A DNA stretch of 64,000 bases, taken from Lytechinus pictus (Eukaryota). Position numbers and translations under genes: made by a program. Shown here one piece after another: positions 12,251 through 23,629 of the stretch. The notes under the pieces are model-generated. The model was not told the origin of the DNA, made no database searches, and worked only from the letters and a program-made list of their open reading frames with translations. Location: positions 36,458,001 to 36,522,000 of the forward strand of contig NC_087245.1 in assembly GCF_037042905.1 (NCBI RefSeq). Direction: 5' to 3'. Each line of letters starts with the position of its first letter. Within the stretch, counting starts at the first letter, position 1.

Positions 12251-13970
12251 AATTTGAAAAAGGGTGTTTTGGGGCAAAAGTTGCAATAAGAAAATTTAAA
12301 AGTTATTAGGCATTATGTTTATCATATAATATTTATTATTTCTTAAATATTCTCTCTTCTTATACCTATTTAAAGTAATTTTTTTTTCTTTGGTTCAATT
12401 TACAGTGACAAGGTAAATAAGAACATGCAAAAAAAAGCACACATCAAAATTACCGAAATCACGGCGAGGGTGATTGGGGGGGGGGGGGGGCATGCCCATA
12501 CTAAAAATCCTGCTACGTGTAAAATGTATTTTGAAAACATCATTTGTTATAATTGATAATATTTGAGGCAGTGAGGTTGCCGGACTTCTTGTTTTTCTCT
12601 CGCTGTAGGGTGGTACTTTAGCAATTCCATCTAATGTTGAAGAGAGGGAGAGAGAGAGAGAGAGAGGGGGGGGGGTTTATAAATTTAATGTACCGTTGTC
12701 ATTCCCTATGGGGGGCATGTGGAATGTCCATGAACGAACAAGATGTCCTGCCTGCAACGGCAGTACCCCCTTCTCCCCCCTCTCTCTATAAAAAAAGAAG
12801 AAACACAAAAGTAAAAGAAAAAATATAAAAATAATGAAATAGGTAAACAGAGTAGTTTTAATTTTCGTGGTTTACACCACTGAATTCTCAAGTTTAATGA
12901 CCTTATAGACGCGATACATATTTCACGAGTTTGTAAAAAAAATAAAAATAAAAATGAATAAAGATAAACAAATAAATAAATTAAAGAGACACACACACCC
13001 CATATGGCAAAATAAAAAGCTTATAGGTGTTTCTGAATCGTTTTTTAATTGTGTGGAGGAATATTTCCTTTTCTTTGTCCATGACCCCTTAATATTAAAC
13101 GCTAACCTCTCTTTATGTTTCGGGGGCAGGATTTACGTGCGACATAAAATACGTTGAGTACACCGTTGATATGGCGTAAAATGTAACAAGAGCGAAATCA
13201 CATTAAATGAATTGTGTTAGGGATTGTATGTAGAGCCTGCGATCCTGCATGTAAACAGCAATGCATCATAGTGCTGATTACAATATTTCCATGAACGATA
13301 GGTAATATTTTTCGGCATTCCGACGACTTTGATCAAATAGATAAACTATATATAATTAAGCAAGCAAAGAATATTTATTGAAAGTGCAAAGTGTTTAGCA
13401 AGTAATGTTTTTATTTGAATGATTGTTGTTGTTTTCGTTTCCAAATTGGGTTCTGCAGTAAATTCGAAACACAGAATGACACTTCTTATGTTGATATTTA
13501 ATTTGGCGATGGAACTCATCCTTCGAGTTCCCCATTTTGGAATTACGCCATCTACGACGAAGTGTGAATTCAACGCGAACACAAAAGAGGGCCAAATAAG
13601 GGAAGACATTAATTTTCGAGCAAAATGAAAAGTCAGATATGAGCCTTACACAGTACACACATACATTTTGGCATCTTCACGAAGCATTTCCATACACGCC
13701 CAAAGGTCTTTACGATATAAAATATTAAAGAGTAGTTATGCTCTCTTAGTTATTTAGGCTAATCATTAAAAAGGAAATTCGAGATTAAAAGATATTGCAT
13801 GAGACGAAAAAAAAAATCGACAAAGAATATTTGAGAAAGTATATCCAGTACGTGTGAAGTCGGTCTTGCTTAACCAGTAAGGTGCACATCATGTAAAATA
13901 AAATGCAGGAGACTTCTCAGAAAAGGGGTTCTTAGAGGGTTCTACGTTTTTCTGTATTTGAAACTTTTAA

Positions 13971-14990
13971 AGGTCAAGTCCACCTCAGAAAAGTGTCGAT
14001 TTGAATCAATAAAGAAAAATCAGACAAGCATAATGCTGAAAATTTCATCAAAATCGGGTGTAAAGTAAGAAAGTTATGACATTTTGAAGTTTCGCTTATT
14101 TTTCACAAAATAGTTGTATACACAACTTAGTCACATGCAAATGAGAGAATTGATGATGTCCCTCACACGCTATTTTTTTTGTATCGTTTGAATTACACAA
14201 TATTTCAATTTTTACCGATTTGAAAATAAGGACCAACTTGACTGAACCATGAAATGTTAAAAATTGGTAATTACACATCTTCAGCGAGAATTAATACTTT
14301 GTTTAACAGGACAAATAGAAATAAATATTTCATATTTCATATAATAAAATACAAAAGAAATAGTAAATGAGCGATGTCATCAGTTCCCTCATGAACTACA
14401 TTGGCTACCTGTTTCTGATAGAATACATTATCGAATACTTGTTCAAACCTATAAATCTCTGTCAACCATATACTACCTTCTTACATTTCTTCGTTATTTC
14501 AGCAACAAAGATCTACATACTCTCTTCGTTCTGCAGCTGCTCCTTCCTATATGTCATTCCAAAATCCAGAAAACAGGCCGGTTTCAACTCCTTTCAATCT
14601 CTTGCCCCCCGTCTTTGGAACAAACTCCCTCCATCTCTTCGCAATCTCTCTTCTCTTGACCTCTTCAAAAAACATCTCAAAACACACTTATATAACCATA
14701 AACCTTAACTTGTCTAATGCAATCAACAGCGCTTTGTATCCTCTGGAAAAAGCGCTATATAAATCCAATTATTATTATTATTATTATTACCGACCGGGAT
14801 GTGCATAATGCACATCTCGGTCGGTATAATGAGCAACAGTGCATAACTGTTTTGTGAAATCAAGCGAAACTTTAAAAATGTCATGACTTTCTTATTTTAC
14901 ATCCGATTTTGGTGATTTTTTTCAGCATTGTGCTTGTTGAATTTTTCTCTTTTTATTCGAATGCTCTTTTAGTTGGGGTGGACTTGTCCT
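13971..14990. mobile_element. Kolobok-like non-autonomous element containing a nested LINE 3' end
   Basis: ttaa|aggtcaagtccacc ... ggggtggacttgtcct|ttaa. Confidence 0.82.
14393..14789 (+). mobile_element. 5'-truncated L2/CR1-group LINE 3' end
   Basis: Peptide SFQSLAPRLWNKLPPSLRNLSSLDLFKKHLKTHLY is the typical ORF2 C-terminus; followed by gcgctatataaat and an (att)n tail. Confidence 0.85.
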
Positions 14991-15428
14991 TTAAAGGTTC
15001 CCTAAACGTTTCTAAATTACCTTAAACATCCACTTTGGAAAATTTTTAAAGGTTCTTTATAAAAACAGTTAATGTTTTTGAGCACGTAAGGAACCCTTTG
15101 GGAACCTTTCTCTCGAGGGTTCAATTTCGCACCCCTTTCTAAGAGTGTGGACCTACACTTAGATGTTGATAGGAGGGGGAGGGGCGAAATAGGTTGCGCC
15201 CCTAAAAATCATTTTTTTTACGTGACAGACCTCTTTCTTTCCTTTTTGCTGTTAATTTCTTTACCTTTATAGGGAGGGGGGGGGGCGCGCGCTCTGTTTT
15301 GGAAAGTAATATCATGCATTTTTGTGAGGAAATGAATGAAGAAGTTGACCAACATTTTCTCCCATTCAGTCCAGAGGGGCGATCATACCATAGAGGTGGA
15401 TAATCCAACTCTATAGATCATACATTGT

Positions 15429-15620
15429 GGAGGTGCCGTGGCCGAGTGGTCTAAGGCGCCTGGCTATACATGGAAAGTCCGGGGTTCGATCCCCGGCACT
15501 TATGCCCGTGAGCAAGGCATTTAATCTACAATGCTCTTTTATCCTGCTTTCAAATAAATGGAAATGCTATATGCATTATTGGTAACTAGGTGTGCACTTG
15601 TTTGTTAAAAAAAGAAAAAG
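15429..15620 (+). mobile_element. tRNA-derived SINE
   Basis: A box tggccgagtggt, B box ggttcgatccc, A-rich tail; second copy at 18955-19154 (-). Confidence 0.85.
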
Positions 15621-15793
15621 AAAATACAGGTGTCGCCGGTGTAGCGGCGGATTCGGTTCCACCGGCGGATACCGTATCCGCCGGCAGATATCGTTCTAAA
15701 TGGCCGATATCGTTTTTAATAGGAACCATATCCGCCGGGTTTGCGCGGCTTGAAGTTTGCAGATTTGGTTCCTCGGCGGATTTGGTTCTATTG

Positions 15794-16328
15794 AGGCTGT
15801 TCACACCGCAAGGGGGGACCGTGGGCGGACCGTGGATCGCGCTATCGTAGCGCGATCCACGGTCCGCCCATTGGCATTCGCCGGATTCACACCGCAGTGA
15901 GATAGCGCGGTCTATCGTAGCACCCCTTTTTTTGAGAGGTCCTGTTGCCATGACGCATTACTTACTATATTTCTATTTTCACGATGTTCCGACGCGTTTT
16001 ACTCCATAAAATTAGGAGTGTTGAGTTGTACCGATTCAGATTCAGATCGCACCAAAATAGAATGAGTATAAAATTCCCCGCGTGTAGATGACTTCCGGCG
16101 TGCTATCGTAGCTCGGGTTCACACCGGCAGAGATAGCGCGATCTAGCGCGCGCTAGACCGCGCTATCTCTCGTGGACCACCCCCAAGAGGTGCTCCAGTG
16201 GCACGCCGTTTTGGCTCGCCGTGGCTCGCTGTTGGGCGGACCGAAACGACGTTGTACCTTCCACACCGCAGAGATAGCGCGATCTAGCGCGCGCTAGATC
16301 GCGCTATCTCTGCCGGTCTGAACAGGCT
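15794..16328. mobile_element. PIF/Harbinger-like MITE
   Basis: aggctgttcacaccg ... cggtctgaacaggct, with internal agagatagcgcg palindromes. Confidence 0.7.
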
Positions 16329-16701
16329 CAATGACTATACGTGTAATTCAGACAACCTCGGCAGCGCGCGCATGCGCGGCTCTGGCAATGTCGATCGTAA
16401 TTGGGGGGGGGGGGGGATTTTCGTCCGCCTTTAGTGAATTTTTATTCAGGGGCGGATCCATACAGCGTTCGACATAGGGCTCGATGGGGGTGAGGATTAA
16501 TAGGAGAAATAATGTCTCGATATTTCATGTATTACATAGACCTGGCACATACGCCAAAACTTTGCTATTTATTATGTTTTTTTTTTGAATTTGTATACTA
16601 TTTTCTGTCCGCAGTATGCATCGATCTCTTCAACTGTGCTTTTTCACACCAATGTTAGTGTCAGTTTGCCAGACTGTTTGGCGAAAATGTGCACCCCCAT
16701 A

Positions 16702-18044
16702 CAGTGCGTATAAAAAAAACGGGACAGTTTTGAAAAGTCTGTAAAAAATTGTTTCAAATTATGATATCTATATTTTGATGTTAATAGATGCTCTGAAATC
16801 TTATCTTTGAAATGCCATTTAAAAAAAAACTGTTCATGCTTGAGCGAACACGGGACGTTTTTGTTGGGGGTTCAAAGAGAGGCTTGCGCCAAAATGGCAG
16901 AAATTAGAAATTTGATGATCAGACTTTTTGCTAATCAGCAGGCTTCCTTTTTACCTTTTCATTATCTTCGCCATGATTTTCGAATTATGCTGTCAAATTT
17001 TATTTACAAATGTATTTATATACTTGAATTATTTTGTTTTTTCATTAAAACTTCTTTAACCTTTGAATTTTCCTTCATAAGTAAGAAAAGAAGACTTTTG
17101 TCAACCCAAGGAAGAAGATTTGCGTTATTAATCATGTTAATTGGGAGAACTTGTAGTTATTCAAATCGTATTTTATTAGGTGAAAAAAATTACGTTATGG
17201 TACCTTTATAATAGAAAAACATGAATCCTATTTTCAAGGGGTCATTGATTCCTTGACCAAGTTTAATTAAGTGCTTGACAGGGCAAACAGGAAAGGATTC
17301 ATGTCTTTCAATGGCAATGTATTGAGTAAATTTTGAAGGAGCTAGATATGGCAGATCGGATAAAATGTATTTAAATAGTTGTGAGCGAGCAAGCAAAAAA
17401 TTCCACTTTTTTAAATATCCAATTCTGTGATAGATTTTGACAAAATATTTACAAAATAAATCATATTTCACTTTCTATCTTTCCTTGTATTCCCTTTCCA
17501 CTTTTTTATTGGGGGGGGGGGGGGGTAACACCCCGAGCCCCCACCCATCTGTATGCCACTGTTCAAAAGCACCATAACCTTTGTAGCACACAATGGAAGG
17601 ATTAAAAAATACACGCTTTCCCATACTTCGGTTTAAACATTTTGTTTTTGCTTATAGAATGAATATTGAAAGCTAAAAGAGAACATATTAAAAAGAAACA
17701 ACAGAACAATTCAGGCAAATAAACAGATTCGAAAATGAATTTTAACAGCATAATTCGAAAATTATGTCAAAGATAATTAAAAGGTTAAAAGGAAGTCTGC
17801 TAAATAGCAAGAAGTCCGATCATCATATTTATCATGTTATGCCATTTTGGCGCAATATTCCTTTTTAACCCTAAACAAAAACATTCCGTGTTCGCTCAAG
17901 CATGAACAAAACTATTTTTTTAATGGCATTTGAAAGATGAGACCTCAGAGCACCTATTAACACCAATATATACAGATGTCATAATTTGAAGAAAAAAAAA
18001 TTTATAGACTTTTCAAATCTGTCCCGTTTTTTCGATACGCACTG
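16702..18044. mobile_element. Tc1/mariner-type non-autonomous element, TA TSD, ~300-bp TIRs
   Basis: ta|cagtgcgtat...cgggacag ... ctgtcccg...atacgcactg|ta. Confidence 0.88.
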
Positions 18045-18954
18045 TATAGGCATATTGGTTTTTGAAACTACAAATGTTTAGAAAAATTTCAACAAATTAA
18101 AACTTCATATTTCTAAATAAATGATGCAAATAAGTGTATGAAAATATGTTTTGCTGTTAACTCATATTATTGCTTGTAGAATGCTAATTTTGGTTGAAAA
18201 CATAAATTTGACATTTTTAACAAAAAAAAAAAAAAAAGAATGTCAAAACATGATTTATTTCTTATGTAGTTTATTGTAGGCCAATTTTTAATTTATCATG
18301 TATTTTTTTTTTCTTTTTTTTCTTCAATATTTTTGTTAAGGAATCTGAACTTGGGGACCGGAAGTTCACCCTGACAAAAGTTAGATACGCCACGTATCGT
18401 ATGCTCCTCAATTTACCTCTCAGTCATCTAATTTTAAGATCAATATGGGATCTTTAGTGAAATATAATTTCTCCTTTATATCTTATGTTTCTCTTACTAT
18501 ACCCCCTTCTGGTTTTTCATCTCTTTATTTTTTGCCTTTCTTTTCTCCCTGCTTATTTCGCCCCTTTTGCCTCTTCTCCAGTTTCCTAACATTTCTGGCA
18601 CATTATGAATATATCTGGGGCGTATACGCGTGGGTGATATAGCACCAAAAAGGGAGAAATAGAAAGAGGAGGGAAGGGAGAAAAAAAATATACGAGAAAC
18701 TGTGGAGGAAATGATAATAATACATAGGAATTTCGCAAATCAAGAATTTCATTTGCAGTGATCATTATCTATACTTCCCTTAGAAAACTTATTACAAAAT
18801 CCTGCCATTGTTTGCCTTTATTTAATACTCTGTATCAATCATAATTGATACATATTGTATCCAATTCATCCCTAAAATTGTGATAAGAAGGATTTAATAG
18901 GTATAAAATAAATTAAAAATGCATGTTATTTTTTATTACAAGACGTATTTTTTT

Positions 18955-19154
18955 TATAAACAGTGCACACCTATATAGTTACCACTAATGCATATAGCAT
19001 TTCCATTTATTTGAAAGCAAGATAAAAGAGCGTTGCAGATTAAATGCCTCCAGGCTCACGGGCATATAGGTACTAGGTGCCGCGGCCGGGATCAAACCCC
19101 GGACTTTCTATGTATAGCCAGGCCGCCTATAGACCACTCGGCCACGGCACCTCC
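18955..19154 (-). mobile_element. tRNA-derived SINE, same family as 15429-15620
   Basis: Reverse-complement match along head and body. Confidence 0.85.
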
Positions 19155-19848
19155 ACGTATGTGAGTGAAGGATATCGCGATAGCGCAAGAACTATATCTT
19201 CCGAAGAGAGTGGTCTTTTTTGGTACTGAATCCGCCGGAGTAGAACACGATCCGCCGGCGGATTTGGTGCCTAGAACAGTATCTGCCAGGCGCAGGATCC
19301 GCCGGTACACCGGCAGAAATAAATAAGGTAGGTCAAATATTTATAAAGAGCGCCATCTATATCCGGCGAGGGCCGGGAGAAGGGAGGAGGAGGAAATATG
19401 GAGAGAGAGAGGAGAGCTGGAGGTGACGGAGAAGAAGAGTGGTTCATGGAAAGAAAATGAGGATATAAAGAAAATCAGGCAGAAGAGGAACTAAGAACAC
19501 TTGTATTATTTTATTAATTCATATCCTTTTTTTTTATCAGTTTAGTTTATTAACTCGATCACCCATCTAGAAAAAACTGGCAAGAATAACAATGGACATG
19601 TAATTCTAAAACATGCAAGGGACATTATAGAGATTTTGATATTTGTTGTTTAGTTACAGGCATATCCCGACTTGAGCACCTGCTGCTTTCTTGGTTTTTT
19701 TATGCCTTCTTCCCTATACATAAATTAGAAATTATATTTACATTCATTGTTATATTGCTATATTATTGATTTGTTTATTTTGTATGAAATTGGATGTAAC
19801 CTTTGTAATGTCAATCGGAAGAAAATAATAAATTTTTACTTGAATTGA

Positions 19849-20145
19849 ACCACGGAACGGTTTTTAAAGTTGGGGACTGACCATGCAAAAATCACAATCA
19901 GATATACGTTTTTGTACACGGTTTTTTGAAAAAAGTTGGGGGAGGGCAGGGGCCGCGGAACGGTTTTCAAAGTGGGGGGGGGGGGCTGACAATGCAAAAA
20001 ATCACAATCATATGGCCATTTTTACTTTTTTGTACATGGTTTTGGAAAAAAGTGGGGGCGCTGAAGCCCCCTCAGCCCCTCCGCTTCTGCGGCCCCTGGA
20101 GGGGGTGGGGGGGGGGCTGAAGCCCACCCCTTCCCCGTTGCCCCT
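19849..20145. mobile_element. Short G/C-run-rich interspersed repeat, partly tandem; related copies near 11863-12030 and 50565-50730
   Basis: Shared ggaacggttttcaaagtgggggg...atgcaaaaaatcacaatca...ggctgaagcccc. Confidence 0.7.
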
Positions 20146-20267
20146 GATTAACTATCTACAACAAGCACATGTGCCTTATGTAAATTCATATATCATTACC
20201 CTTAAAAAGGGGTAAACATAATATTCATAATCACATACAATAACTTCTTATTACTCAACCTAATTTG

Positions 20268-20535
20268 GGGGCCCATCTTTCAAAGACTTGCGATTGATCC
20301 ATAACTCTGATCCGATCAATCGCAACTATGGAAAGCCAGCAAAGTCAACATACAAAATGCATGTTTGCTAATAAAAATTCTAGATATAAATGTATATCCA
20401 TAAATTCATTGATTTCTTGACAGTTCGGTGTGTTCTTCTTTGTTTACAAAGGACATTTTGCACATTTCCTGTAGAAAAACTTATGACACTGATGGATTTC
20501 CATAGAGTTACTCTTTCCTGTGTAAGACGGAGCCC
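20268..20535. mobile_element. MITE (Harbinger-like GGGCCC termini), copy 1
   Basis: gggcccatctttcaaaga ... tgtaagacggagccc; homologous to 20735-21007. Confidence 0.7.
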
Positions 20536-20734
20536 AAGAGTTGCTTAACAAAATTTGACTTGTTTTGATAAGGCTATATGCCTGTAAGTGGTTCAGTAAG
20601 GAGAAGGCCCATTTTATAAACATTAGGTTGTTTCTATAAAAGAGGGTTAAAAAAACCTGGACACAACGACACAGTACATGTATTATTTAAACATCTAACT
20701 TGACGTTGGGCATCACAATATTATTGAGATTATA

Positions 20735-21007
20735 GGGCCCCGTCTTACAAAGAGTTACAATCGATCCGATCAATCGTAGATATGGACGGCCAGCAACGTC
20801 AACATCTATTGTGTATGTTTGTTCAACATATTTTCTAGCTATGATGTATATTCATAAGTTTTCTTGAAAATGCACTGTGCTTCTCTTTGTTTACAAAGCC
20901 AAGGACATTATGCAAATTTCCTGAACAAAAAAATTATGACGCTGATGGATTTCCACAGAGTCAAAATAGATTGGACCAATCGTTACTCTTGAGACGGTAC
21001 GGGGCCC
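20735..21007. mobile_element. MITE (Harbinger-like GGGCCC termini), copy 2
   Basis: gggccccgtcttacaaagag ... acggggccc. Confidence 0.72.
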
Positions 21008-22477
21008 AACAAGCAGTGAGTTGGTGACGAAGGATGCTGGCTGGTGGATCCTCACGCTCGTGTGCGACATTCGATTCATTTCTCACGTAAAATAATTAGA
21101 TGACTTCTTTGATATACACCCAAACTTCTTTCTCCTACCTGGAAAACTGGGCACCTAAATTCGCTTTCAACCTGTTCAACTGAAACACCAGCCGATGTCG
21201 TACTAGTTTTAGTTATTGCACCGAGCTCCAACGTCTACCTTCATTCAGCTCGCGGCCGCCGTCGTTTACGGGCTGAACATCTTGTAAATTGGCCTCACCT
21301 CATCAGTGATCATTCGGTGTGTGTTTTCATCGGTCTATTGTAAACGGCCAGGTACTTTTTGACAAGCATCGAGGTGTCACTTTTATGATCACAACTTCTT
21401 TAGATCAGAAGGTAAATATCATTATGTAACCAGATACAAATAGTGCTATCAATCATAGTATGACAAAATTTCACTTTTGACTTGTCTCGTGAAATGATCT
21501 TGTGGTTTTTAGCAACGGAGTGTTGATCCCTGTATTGTATCTGATATTGATAAGATGCAATTGCAATTTAGCATTTTTTGGTAATACCAAATAGGAATTT
21601 TATCTACGTTATTTTATTTTGTATGCAGTCCTACTTGTCTACATTGCAGACATGTTATCTTATTAATCATACATAGATCTAGGACCATTTTTTGTGTATT
21701 CTGTCTTATTTCATATGAATGAATGCTGCCTAATTTAAATAAATGACAATCATGCCACATATCGACTGGGTGCATGATCATTGATCTAGTGTTATTTTGG
21801 TAAGATACACTAGCTGTAATACATCACAAGTTACAGTTAATCATTTAACAGGTTGCTCTAGCTCTTGCAGTGTAGAAGGCTTGTAAATGTCAATGCATGC
21901 ATGACTCGCATTATTTAGAAGCATTTAAGCCTCCATTGTGAATGACAATTGTAAAATATCAGCAATTCCTTTTTCATGTTCTTGATATTGTGAAGAAATA
22001 CCCCCAAAATTTTTCAAAATTCTCTTTTAATATTTTCTATTTAGATCTGTGCTTACTTTCAGCCAGAATTAATTATCCAAAATCTATCCAAAATTCCACT
22101 TTAATACAACGCCACCACTCACAGCTGTTGTTTGTTTTGAATCTTGAATGAACGTAGTAAAATCAGCTGAGTGTGTTTACTACAGCAGTCAATGAGCATA
22201 GTAACGGAGGCAGATTGTGCTATTTTTAGAACCACAGCAATACATAGGATTTAGTACGTGGGACAAGGTTAGGTTAATGGCGTGCACGGTGATGCACGGA
22301 GCGAGTTTTCTCGATAAATTGTCACTTACCTTGTAAATGTCTTTTAGGTGAGGAGCTTGATGCTCTATTTTTCCCTTTTATGATAAAATGATGTCTTTAA
22401 TGATCCTATTTTAGTCACTAGAAGTGATTATTCCCTACCGGAAATGGTACATTCTGTATTTCGTCTTTCGCGGGTGA

Positions 22478-22595
22478 TGACGTCACAAACTTTTGGCCAA
22501 TCACGTAAGCGGGCAAATCAAGTTTTTGTCAGGCGATAGGGGCCCGATGGCTAGGGGTATAAAAGGGGCAGAGGGTGAAAATTTCTTCACTTTGC
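22478..22595 (+). promoter_or_regulatory. Pol II promoter in the LTR (CRE, CCAAT, TATA, Inr)
   Basis: TGACGTCA 22478-22485, CCAAT 22497-22501, TATAAAA 22558-22564, Inr-like TCACTTT with the A at 22589; canonical spacing. Confidence 0.75.
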
Positions 22596-23380
22596 ATCTT
22601 TGAGAGTATTTGTCTAGAGAGAACTCCAAGCCAGTCTTCCAGTTGAAAGTACTTGTAAGCGTTTGACCTTAGCAAGAATCGTGAGTGGAATATTTCTTTA
22701 AACTTCTTAAGGTTATATAATATCCCCCCCCCCTTTTCTATAAAAAGGAATTTCTAATTAAATTTGTGAGAACTGGAATTTCGAAGTTCTTTATAGAAAT
22801 TTTAGGCTTGATGCCCGATCGATGAGATGAATATTTTTATGTCTGCCCTTAACGTTGGTCTTACTCTTAGAGATATTACTTGATTGCTGATTTTATTTTG
22901 TATGTGGTACACAACAGAATTTAAGGAGAGTTTTGTTTTGTTTTTCCCTCTTTCTCAATTGATAAACGCAGAAGTATGAAACATCGTAACGTTAAGGAAA
23001 TTGGGGTAACTTAGGGACAAAAGTGCAAGGGTACCTCGTAGTTATGTAGTCTTTAGTTTGAGTTTGTTTTGTACCTCGTAGTTGCCTATAAATCTAGGCT
23101 TAAGTCTTTTACGTCTTGACAGATGAATATTTAGATGTTATTTCATGATGTGTCTATGGAAATGTTGTAGGCCTAGACTGTTTTAAGTCAGAGAATGTGG
23201 ATGTAGGCCTAGATTTTATTGTATTGTGCATGGAAGAATATGAATTCCCCCCCCCCCCTTCCTTCGACGAAGTTGGCTGGCGTTGTACAGAGAGGTCGAG
23301 GGCAGCTCGAACTCAGTACGGTAGATTGACGGCGGCAGAAATGAGAGGTTCGACAAGTGACAATCCTGAGTAAGGAACGT

Positions 23381-23629
23381 CATCGTGCACCGGTACTCTC
23401 AGTACTCTGTACTTCTCATCGTGCATCGCGTACTCTCAGTACTCTGTACTTCTCATCGTGCACCGGTACTCTCAGTACTCTGTACTTCTCATCGTGCACC
23501 GGTACTCTCAGTACTCTGTACTTGTCATCGTGCATCGCGTACTCTCGGTACTCTGTACTTCTCATCGTGCACCGGTACTCTAGTCTCAGTACTCTGTACT
23601 TCTCATCGTGCATCGCGTACTCAGTACTC
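23381..23629 (+). repeat. Tandem array in the 5' LTR, 7 units of 36-37 bp
   Basis: catcgtgca(ccg/tcgc)gtactctcagtactctgtacttct; unit starts 23381, 23417, 23454, 23490, 23526, 23563, 23604. Confidence 0.95.

Larger units (their letters stand above)
15635..19314. mobile_element. Outer TIR element expanded by nested insertions
   Basis: gccggtgtagcggcggattc ... ggatccgccggtacaccggc; repeated (c)cggcggat subterminal motifs at both ends; no clear TSD. Confidence 0.65.

Noticed and set aside
23381..23629. CRISPR-like appearance of the 36-37-bp repeats
   Set aside because: Units are head to tail with no unique spacers, there are no cas genes, and the context is a eukaryotic LTR.
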